DNA of 30,925 nucleotides from contig PKER01000009.1 in NCBI GenBank assembly GCA_002919115.1, positions 1 through 30,925 on the forward strand. The letters run 5' to 3'. The notes beneath the pieces were generated by a model, which was given only the letters and a program-made list of their open reading frames with translations, was not told the DNA's origin and did not search any database. This document shows positions 23,704 through 30,925 of this stretch, in pieces; position 1 is the first letter of the stretch, and each line of letters starts with the position of its first letter. A program made the translations under genes and the position numbers. The stretch comes from a bacterium. GTDB taxonomy: Bacteria > Actinomycetota > Thermoleophilia > Solirubrobacterales > 70-9.

Positions 23704-25107
23704 TCAGCGCCCGATCTGGATGCCGATGCGGTCGGGGATCGAGGCGATGAAGCGCGTGACGGGGTCGGGCTCGCGGTTCTGCTCCTCGGCCTCCTCGCGG
23801 CGGACGAGCGCCTGGCGGACGATCGTGCCGCCGATGTAGCGGAAGGGCTCGGGCGGCACCCGGATCGGGCGCTGTTCGACGATCGCGAGCCGCGTGTGCT
23901 CGTCGCGGCGGTCGAGGGCGAGGCCGGCGAGCGCGCGGGCCACCATGCGCGAGGGCCCGACGCCGTTCCCGGTGAAGCCGAAGCCGTAGTGCACGCGGCC
24001 GTCGAGCGTGCCGACGACCGGCGTGTGGCTCGGCGAGACGTCGATCGGCCCGCCCCAGGCGTGCTCGATGCGCCGGCCGCGCAGCTGCGGGAAGAAGCGG
24101 TGCAGGTGCTCGATCACCTGGCGCGTGATGTAGGGGTCGACCTCGGCGCGCCCGCGCAGGTTCGCGCCGTAGACCACCCGGCCGCCGCCCCAGCCGAAGG
24201 CGATCCGCCCGTCGGGCGTGGTGCGCAGGTAGTTGACCATGTGGCGCCCGTCGGTGATGCACTCCCCGCCCGTCCAGCCGAGCTCCTCGAGCACGTCCGG
24301 GACGGGCTCGGTGATCACCATGTGGCTGGAGGTGAGCGTCATCCGGTAGCGCAGCGGCTTCAGGCGGGCGAGCGCGCCGCCCGCGGTCAGCACGCCGTGC
24401 CCGGCGCGCACGACCCCGCCGCCCTCGGTACGCACCACGACGCCCCCCGGCTCGGCCCGCACCGAGACCGCCCGTGAGCGCTCGTACACCTCGACGCCGG
24501 CCTCGACCAGCTTCGCGCGCAGACCGCGCGAGAGCCGCGCCGGGTTCACCGTCGCCGAGCCCGGGAAGAAGGCGCCGCCGCGGAAGATCGGCGAGGCGCA
24601 CCGCTCCTGGACCTCCTCGGGGGAGAGCACGCGCACGGCGTCGGGCTCCCCGAGCTGCTCGCAGGCGCGCACCGTCTGCTCCCACACGCCGTCGTGCGCC
24701 GGCGTCGTTGAGACCTGGAGGTAGCCCCCGCGCCGGTACCAGGCGTCGACGCCCTGCTGCTCGCACCAGGCGCCGATCTCGTCCACCGCCTGCTGCGCCG
24801 CGCGCGCCACGCCCAGCGCCCCGACCTCGCCGAAGCGCGGCCGCATCGAGGGCAGGCTGAACCACATCGAGTTGACGAAGCCGCCGTTGCGCCCGCTCGG
24901 GCCCTCGCCGCAGATCCCCGACTCCACGAGGACCACGCGCGCCTCGGGCTCGAGCTCGCGCACGAGCCAGGCCGTCCACATGCCCGTGTACCCGCCGCCG
25001 ACCACGACGACGTCCGCCGCCCGCTCCTCCGTGAGCGGCGCGTAAGGCTCGACTGGGCCCGCCTCGGCGAGCCACCACCCCAGCGAATCGTGGATCACGG
25101 CCTCCAA
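23704..25107 (-). CDS. FAD-dependent oxidoreductase (DadA/PuuB-like, DAO family)
   Basis: 'DVVVVGGGYTGMWTA', 'GPSGRNGGF', 'HAWGGPIDVS', 'GFTGNGVGPS'. Start is TTG 25107 or GTG 25098. Confidence 0.85.
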   Translation of the reverse strand: MEAVIHDSLGWWLAEAGPVEPYAPLTEERAADVVVVGGGYTGMWTAWLVRELEPEARVVLVESGICGEGPSGRNGGFVNSMWFSLPSMRPRFGEVGALGVARAAQQAVDEIGAWCEQQGVDAWYRRGGYLQVSTTPAHDGVWEQTVRACEQLGEPDAVRVLSPEEVQERCASPIFRGGAFFPGSATVNPARLSRGLRAKLVEAGVEVYERSRAVSVRAEPGGVVVRTEGGGVVRAGHGVLTAGGALARLKPLRYRMTLTSSHMVITEPVPDVLEELGWTGGECITDGRHMVNYLRTTPDGRIAFGWGGGRVVYGANLRGRAEVDPYITRQVIEHLHRFFPQLRGRRIEHAWGGPIDVSPSHTPVVGTLDGRVHYGFGFTGNGVGPSRMVARALAGLALDRRDEHTRLAIVEQRPIRVPPEPFRYIGGTIVRQALVRREEAEEQNREPDPVTRFIASIPDRIGIQIGR

Positions 25108-25153
25108 AGTGTTGCGAACTCAAACGTCCGGCGGCTGCGGCGAACGGAGGGCA

Positions 25154-27274
25154 TCAGCCCGCCTCGGCCGCGCGCTGCGCGTGCCGCTCGATCAGCTCGC
25201 GGTGGACCGAGCGCGGCTCGCCGTCGGGGCGCAGGCGCTCCCAGGTCCCGTCCTCGCGCAGCTCCCAGGCGTTCGTGTTGTCCGCGAGGCAGCGGTCGAG
25301 CACGTCCGTCAGCTCGGCCCGGATCCGCGGGTCCTCGACCGGCACCACGAGCTCGACGCGGTTGTAGAGGTTGCGCGGCATGAGGTCGGCGGAGCCGATG
25401 TAGATCCGCGGCTCCTCGCCGGGCCGCTCGAAGCTGAGGATCCGCGAGTGCTCGAGGAAGCGCCCGACGATCGAGACGACGCGGATGTTCTCCGACACGC
25501 CGGGGACGCCCGGGCGCAGCGCGCAGATCCCGCGCACGTTGAGCTCCACCCGCACGCCGGCCTGCGAAGCGCGGTAGAGCGCCCGGATGGACCGCGCGTC
25601 GAGCAGCGCGTTCATCTTCATCCGGATGCGCGCCGGGCGCTCCGGCGAGTGCGCCGCGATCGTCTCCTCGATCTCCGCGAGGATCGCCTCGCTCAGGTTG
25701 TGCGGGGCGACCAGCGCCTTGCGGTAGGCGCGCGGGCGCGCGTACCCGGTGAGGTAGTTGAACATCTGGGCGAGGTCGGCGCCAAGCTCCGGGTCGCAGG
25801 TGAACAGCCCGAGGTCCGAGTAGGTGCGCGCGGTCTTCGGGTTGTAGTTGCCGGTGCCGATGTGCGCGTAGTGGCGCACGCCGTCGCCCTCGCGGCGCAC
25901 GACCAGCACGCACTTCACGTGCGTCTTGAGCGAAGGGATCCCGTAGACGACGTGGACGCCCGCCTCCTCGAGCTTCTTCGCCCAGCGGATGTTCGCCTGC
26001 TCGTCGAAGCGCGCCTTGAGCTCGACCAGGCAGACGGCCTGCTTGCCGCGCTCCGACGCCGTGATCAGCGCCGGCACGAGCGGCGAGTCGGCGCTCGTGC
26101 GGTACACGGTCTGCTTGATCGCGAGCACGTTCGGGTCGTCGACCGCCTGGGCCACGAAGCGCTCCACGGAGGTCGCGAACGAGTCGTAGGGGTGGTGCAC
26201 CAGCACGTCGCCCTCGCGGATCGCCGCGAACAGGTCCGCCTCGCCGCCGTTGTCGCCCAGCAGGCGCGGCTGGGTGACCGGCGTGTGGGGCGGGTCGCGC
26301 AGCTCCGGGAACCCGGGCAAATTGACGATGTCCCACAGGTCGGAGAGGTCCAGCCAGCCGTCGATCTCGTACGCCTCGCGGTCCTCGAGCCGCATCGCGA
26401 GCACGAGCTGCTCGCGCAGCCGCGGCTCCATCCCGCGCTCGACCTCGAGGCGCACGACCTCGCCGAAGCGGCGCCGCCGAAGCTCCTCCTGGACTGCCTC
26501 GAGCAGGTCGTCCGACTCGTCGGAGACGTCATAGTCGGTGTCGCGCGTGACCCGGAAGAAGGAGTGGCTCAAGACCTCCATCCCCGGGAAGAGCGCCTCG
26601 AGGTTGGCGGCGATCAGGTCCTCGAGCCGGACCAGCGTCGTGCCCTCCCCGCCGAGCCGCAGGAACCTGCCGAGCAGCTCCTTGGGGACCTTCACGCGGG
26701 CCAGGACCTCGGTGCCCTGCTCGGGGTCGCGCAGCCGCACGACGAGGCTCAGCGACAGGTTGGAGATGTATGGGAAGGAGCGCCCGAGCCCGATCACGAG
26801 CGGGGTGAGCACCGGGAACACCTGCCGCTCGAAGATGCGGTCGAGCTCGCGCCGCTCCTCCGGCGTCGCGCCCTCGACGTCCAGGATGCGGATGCCGTGC
26901 TCGGCGAGCCGCTCGCGCAGCTCGGCGGCGCACGCAGCGACCCGCGCGCGCTGCGCCTCGACGCGCTCGTGGATCCGGGCAGCCTGCTCTGTGGGGCTCA
27001 TCCCGTCCGCCCCGCGCGCGTCGCGGCCGGCGTCGATCAGCTCCTCGAGGTTCGCGACCCGGACCATGAAGAACTCGTCCAGGTTCGACTCCCAGATCGC
27101 GCAGAACTTGACGCGCTCGAGCAGGGGCACCGACTCGTCCTCGGCGAGCTGCAGGACGCGCTCGTTGAAGTCGAGCCAGGAGAGCTCGCGGTTGAAGTAG
27201 AGGGACGGGTCCTCCAGGTCGGGTGCCGCGGCGCCCTCCCGCTCCTCGGCGCGTTCTGCCTCAGCCCGCTCCAT
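25154..27274 (-). CDS. ppk1: Polyphosphate kinase 1
   Basis: 'YFNRELSWLDFNERVL', 'SNLDEFFMVRVA', phospho-His region 'VLVHHPYDSF', 'ELKARFDEQANI', 'HIGTGNYN', 'RFLEHSRI', 'GSADLMPRNL'. Confidence 0.97.
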   Translation of the reverse strand: MERAEAERAEEREGAAAPDLEDPSLYFNRELSWLDFNERVLQLAEDESVPLLERVKFCAIWESNLDEFFMVRVANLEELIDAGRDARGADGMSPTEQAARIHERVEAQRARVAACAAELRERLAEHGIRILDVEGATPEERRELDRIFERQVFPVLTPLVIGLGRSFPYISNLSLSLVVRLRDPEQGTEVLARVKVPKELLGRFLRLGGEGTTLVRLEDLIAANLEALFPGMEVLSHSFFRVTRDTDYDVSDESDDLLEAVQEELRRRRFGEVVRLEVERGMEPRLREQLVLAMRLEDREAYEIDGWLDLSDLWDIVNLPGFPELRDPPHTPVTQPRLLGDNGGEADLFAAIREGDVLVHHPYDSFATSVERFVAQAVDDPNVLAIKQTVYRTSADSPLVPALITASERGKQAVCLVELKARFDEQANIRWAKKLEEAGVHVVYGIPSLKTHVKCVLVVRREGDGVRHYAHIGTGNYNPKTARTYSDLGLFTCDPELGADLAQMFNYLTGYARPRAYRKALVAPHNLSEAILAEIEETIAAHSPERPARIRMKMNALLDARSIRALYRASQAGVRVELNVRGICALRPGVPGVSENIRVVSIVGRFLEHSRILSFERPGEEPRIYIGSADLMPRNLYNRVELVVPVEDPRIRAELTDVLDRCLADNTNAWELREDGTWERLRPDGEPRSVHRELIERHAQRAAEAG

Positions 27275-27298
27275 GGCGCTGCGACTGGGATGCTCCGC

Positions 27299-28792
27299 TC
27301 ACCGGCCGAGGGTAGCGCTGCGCGGGCGGGCGCCCGGCCCCGCCCCAGGGCCGCGCACGCGCGCTTGCCGGACGCGGGCCGCGCTCAGGGGCGAAGGCGG
27401 CTTCGACGGCTGATGCAGCCAGGCGTCGAACAGCGCCTCGAGGTCCTCGCCGGAGACCTCCTCGGCGAGCGCGCGGAGGTCCTCGGTCGTCGCCGGAAGG
27501 CCACGGAACTCGCTCGCCCAGCGCTCAAGCAGCTCCTCGAACGCGGCGTCGCCGATCGCCGTGCGCAGCGCGTGCAGGGCCATCGCGCCCCGCACGTAGA
27601 CCGGCTCGGCGAACATCTCGCCTGGATCCTCGGGCTCCGCCGGCGGCAGCGCCCAGAACGGCGCCGCCGGGCCGTGGCGCGAGTACTCGGCGTCGAACCG
27701 CTGCGCGGCCGTCTGGATGCCGCGGCGCTCGTCGTCGAGCCACTCCATGTAGGTCGCGAACCCCTCGTTGAGCCAGATCTCCCGCCACGTCGCGGGCAGC
27801 ACGGAGTTGCCGAACCACTGGTGCGCGACCTCGTGGACGACGAGATGCCGCGAGGGCACGCTCGGGTAGTAGGGGCGCGACTGGGTCTCGAGCGCGTACC
27901 CGACCGGGGCCGGGTCGATCACCCCGCCCTCGCCGTCGGCCGGGTATGGGCCGGCGACGTCGGCGAGGGAGGCGATCGCGCGCTTGGTCCGCTTGCGGAG
28001 CGTGCGCAGGGCGGAGCGCTTCACCGTGCGGTCGGCGACCGCCACGTAGCCGCCCCGGCGGTCGACGCGGTAGCGCCCGATCGCGACCAGCGCGACGTGC
28101 GGGGCCATGTGCGTCTCGCGCCAGCGGGTCGTCACCGTGCGCGCGCCGCGCGTCCGCTCCACGAGCCGGCCGTTCGAGATCCCGAGCAGGCCGCGCGGCG
28201 TGGTCAGCCGGATGCGCCACTCCGCCGGGTCACTCGGGTGGTCGTTGACGGGGGCCCACGTCGGTGTCCCGCGCGGCTCGCCGAGCGCCACGGCGCCGTC
28301 GGCCGTGCGGATCCAGCCCTCGAGCGCGCCGTCGGGACCGCGCAACGCCCGCGGCTTGCCGCGGTAGCGCACCGCCACGCGGAACTCCGCCCCGTCGGGG
28401 ATGGGGTCGGCCGGGGTGATCACGAGCTCCTGGTCCTGGCGGCGGCGCTGCGCGCGCTCGCCGTCGACGCGCACCGCGGTGATCCGCGGCCCGCGGAAGT
28501 CGAGGTTGAACCGGCGGAGCGCCGGGCCCGGGACGGGGGACCCGTCGGTGTCGACCCGCGCCAGGATCCTCGCCCGCGCGCTGATCGTCCCGTCGCGGCG
28601 GTAGCGCAGGGCGATGTCGTAGCGCTCGACGTCATAGCCGCCGTTCCCGGAGCGCGGCAGGATCGGGTCGCCGAGCCCCGACGATCCGGCCACCGGCTCG
28701 GGGACGCCCGCCGCGGCGCTCGCCGCGAGCCCAAGCGCAGCGCTGGCCGCCGCGAGCGCGGCACATCCCCATCTGCGAAGCGTCGAATCCAT
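27299..28792 (-). CDS. Secreted M1 family Zn-metallo(amino)peptidase
   Basis: Signal peptide, '[15 protein letters not shown]', 'YALETQ' (GAMEN-equivalent), HEXXH '[10 protein letters not shown]' with downstream 'WLNEGFATY', 'VYVRGA'. Start is ATG 28792 or 28807. Confidence 0.9.
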   Translation of the reverse strand: MDSTLRRWGCAALAAASAALGLAASAAAGVPEPVAGSSGLGDPILPRSGNGGYDVERYDIALRYRRDGTISARARILARVDTDGSPVPGPALRRFNLDFRGPRITAVRVDGERAQRRRQDQELVITPADPIPDGAEFRVAVRYRGKPRALRGPDGALEGWIRTADGAVALGEPRGTPTWAPVNDHPSDPAEWRIRLTTPRGLLGISNGRLVERTRGARTVTTRWRETHMAPHVALVAIGRYRVDRRGGYVAVADRTVKRSALRTLRKRTKRAIASLADVAGPYPADGEGGVIDPAPVGYALETQSRPYYPSVPSRHLVVHEVAHQWFGNSVLPATWREIWLNEGFATYMEWLDDERRGIQTAAQRFDAEYSRHGPAAPFWALPPAEPEDPGEMFAEPVYVRGAMALHALRTAIGDAAFEELLERWASEFRGLPATTEDLRALAEEVSGEDLEALFDAWLHQPSKPPSPLSAARVRQARVRGPGAGPGARPRSATLGR

Positions 28793-28826
28793 CCCGCCGG
28801 CCCCCATCGACGCTACCACGGCGGCC

Positions 28827-29477
28827 TCACGACGAGCTCTCGGCCAGCTCCAGGACGACGCCCTCGCGCAGGCCTCCCCTACCGACCTCAAGCGGCGCGC
28901 GCAGCACCTCGGCGAGCTTCGCGAGCACGAGCACGCCGGCGGGCAGGACGCGCGCCCGGCGCGAGTCGAGCCCGAGGCGCCGGGCCACGGCCTCGGAGGC
29001 ATCGCTCACCAGCACACGGGCAGCGCGCTCGAGGCCCTCCGGCTCCAGCACCGGCCCGACCACCCTCGCCAACGAGGTGGCGCTGCCGCCGACCGCGACG
29101 GCCCGGTCGGGCCGCGCGAGCTCGACCCCCGCGAAGGCCCGGTCGATGCGCTCCCGCACGGCGCGCACCTCGGCTGTGGTCGGGGGATCGCCGCGGAAGA
29201 GCTCCTCGGCGAGCGCCCCGGAGCCCACCTGGAAGGAGCGCACCTCGCGCACGCCCTCCGCGACCGTGCCCAGCACGACCTCGGAGGAGCCGCCGCCGAC
29301 GTCGACGACGGCGATCAGGCCCTCAGGCGGGGCGCCGAGCGACCTCGTCGCCCCGAGGAACGCGAGGCGGCCCTCCTCCTCTCCGCTCAGGACCTCGACC
29401 TCGGCTCCCGTCGCGCGCGCCAGCTCGGCCACGACGCGGTCGCGATTGGCGGCGTCGCGGATCGCCGCCGTGGCGAC
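28827..29477 (-). pseudogene. ppx: Ppx/GppA exopolyphosphatase-family gene, 5'-truncated fragment
   Basis: '[11 protein letters not shown]', '[15 protein letters not shown]', '[10 protein letters not shown]', 'VGRGGLREG'. The frame is closed upstream by TAG (29498-29496) with no start codon, and the N-terminal 'D.GSNT' lobe is absent. This is a truncation at a probable chimeric junction rather than a decayed gene. Confidence 0.8.
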
Positions 29478-29478
29478 G

Positions 29479-30441
29479 GACGGCTCGCTCGACGACTACG
29501 TCGCCGTGGCGACGCTCGCGCTCGCGCTTGGCGCCGTCTGGTTCGCCGCGTTCCGGGACCTGCGGCCGCGGCCCCGCGCCGTCGAGGCGGGCGGCGATTC
29601 CCAGTGGCGGATCGCCGCACGCCTGCTCCGCCGCGACCGGCTCGCCATGACGGGGCTCGCCATCATCGTGGTTCTCTACCTGGTGGCGCTCCTCGCGCCG
29701 CTGATCGCGCCCTACGACCCGATCGCCCAGCAGGACATCGTGCGCACGGGGTTCCTGCCGCCCTCCCTCGAACACCCGCTCGGCACCGACCGCTTCGGAC
29801 GCGACGTGCTGAGCCGGATCATCTACGGGGCGCGCGTGTCGCTCTCGATCGCGTTCGTCGCCGTCGCGATCGCGATCACGATCGGCACGATCCTCGGCGC
29901 CGTGGCCGGGTACCTGGGCGGGCGAGTCGACGCGGCGATCATGCGCTTCACCGACATGGTCCTCGCCTTCCCGCGACTCGTCCTCCTCATCATGATCATC
30001 GCGCTCTTCAGCCCGAGCATCTTCCTGATCATCACCGTGCTCGGGCTGACGCAATGGCCGAGCACGGCCAGGATCGTGCGGGGCGAGGTGCTGAGCTTGA
30101 GAGAGCGGGAGTTCGTGATGGCGGCGCGCGCGCTCGGATTCAGCCGCTGGCGGATCATCCTGCGGCACCTCGTGCCCAACGTGCTCGCGCCGGTCATCGT
30201 CGCCGCGACGCTCGGGATCGGGAACACGATCGTCCTCGAGGCCGGCCTCTCCTTCCTCGGGCTCGGCGTCGCGCCGCCCACGCCCACGTGGGGGAACATG
30301 GTCGCGGACGGGAGGGAGACGCTGCTCAGCGCGTGGTGGGTCGCCACTTTCCCCGGGCTCACGATCGTCGTGACCGTGCTCGCCTTCAACCTGCTGGGCG
30401 ACGGACTGCGCGACGCCCTGGACCCGCGGCTCCGGAGCTGA
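29479..30441 (+). CDS. dppC: Dipeptide/oligopeptide ABC transporter permease (DppC/OppC family), probably 5'-partial
   Basis: '[18 protein letters not shown]', '[24 protein letters not shown]', EAA loop '[10 protein letters not shown]', '[10 protein letters not shown]', '[15 protein letters not shown]'. No convincing RBS or start after the junction. Confidence 0.85.
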   Translation, partial: DGSLDDYVAVATLALALGAVWFAAFRDLRPRPRAVEAGGDSQWRIAARLLRRDRLAMTGLAIIVVLYLVALLAPLIAPYDPIAQQDIVRTGFLPPSLEHPLGTDRFGRDVLSRIIYGARVSLSIAFVAVAIAITIGTILGAVAGYLGGRVDAAIMRFTDMVLAFPRLVLLIMIIALFSPSIFLIITVLGLTQWPSTARIVRGEVLSLREREFVMAARALGFSRWRIILRHLVPNVLAPVIVAATLGIGNTIVLEAGLSFLGLGVAPPTPTWGNMVADGRETLLSAWWVATFPGLTIVVTVLAFNLLGDGLRDALDPRLRS

Positions 30442-30443
30442 CC

Positions 30444-30887
30444 GTGGCGCTGCTGGAAGTCGAGAACCTGCGCACGTACTTCGAGACGGAGGCCGGGCTC
30501 GCCCGCGCGGTCGACGGCGTCTCGTTCAGCGTCGACAAGGGCGAGGTGCTCGGGATCGTAGGAGAGAGCGGGAGCGGGAAGTCCGTGACTTCGCTCTCGA
30601 TCATGCGCCTCGTGCCGCAGCCTCCCGGCCGGATCATGCCCGGCAGCCGGATCGTGTTCCAGGGGCGGGACCTGCTCGCCTTGAGCGAGGCCGAGATGCG
30701 GCGCGTCCGCGGCAACGACATCGCCATGATCTTCCAGGAGCCGATGACGTCGCTCAATCCGGTCTACCCCGTGGGCGACCAGGTCGCGGAGGCGATCCGC
30801 CATCACCGTGGGGTGGGGAAGCGCGAGGCCAGGGCCCGGGCGGTCGAGCTGCTACGGCAGGTCGGGATCCCCGACCCGGAGCGGCGG
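30444..30887 (+). CDS. dppD: Dipeptide/oligopeptide ABC transporter ATP-binding protein (DppD/OppD), 3'-partial
   Basis: GTG start; '[11 protein letters not shown]', 'AVDGVSF', Walker A 'GESGSGKS', '[13 protein letters not shown]', 'VGIPDPERR'. Runs into the homopolymer tail. Confidence 0.9.
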
Positions 30888-30925
30888 GGGGGGGGGGGCC
30901 CCCCCCCCCCCCCCGGGGGGGGGGG
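30886..30925. other. Terminal poly-G/poly-C run, probable sequencing or assembly artefact
   Basis: An abrupt switch from coding sequence to pure G/C homopolymers at the window end. Confidence 0.85.

Noticed and set aside
29466-29514. 13-bp direct repeat interpreted as the target-site duplication of a mobile element
   Set aside because: Only 23 nt lie between the copies, with no terminal inverted repeats or transposase. It is better explained as junction microhomology.
30886-30925. G-quadruplex / i-motif or palindromic end structure
   Set aside because: It interrupts dppD mid-domain at the sequence end, which is typical of poly-G read artefacts and low-quality contig ends.

Overview
A very GC-rich bacterial window. 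Gene content and style suggest Actinomycetota, probably Thermoleophilia/Solirubrobacterales (inference). From 0.1 to 3.3 kb: a GST/glutaredoxin-like gene, a c-di-AMP (ydaO-type) riboswitch in front of a secreted NlpC/P60-like hydrolase, then azlC-azlD-gluQ. From 3.3 to 21.4 kb: a large polyamine uptake and catabolism cluster, comprising a Tat-signal SpdH-like flavoprotein, aminobutyraldehyde dehydrogenase, alanine dehydrogenase, a PucR-type regulator, a class-III aminotransferase, a divergent potA-D-B-C transporter, a second aminoaldehyde-type ALDH and a CoA-acylating (methyl)malonate-semialdehyde dehydrogenase. Embedded in this cluster is a SigB/F-type sigma factor with a STAS anti-anti-sigma and an unusual two-domain RsbW-like anti-sigma, separated from the sigma gene by a 113-bp palindrome. 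From 21.4 to 29.5 kb, all on the minus strand: dinB, a GNAT, a cupin, an FAD oxidoreductase, ppk1, an M1 peptidase and a 5'-truncated ppx. At about 29478 the sequence switches abruptly to the middle of an unrelated dppC-dppD operon, and the window ends in poly-G/C. Both look like assembly or sequencing artefacts. I saw no rRNA, tRNA, CRISPR array or transposase. Product calls come from recognising motifs by eye, not from database searches.
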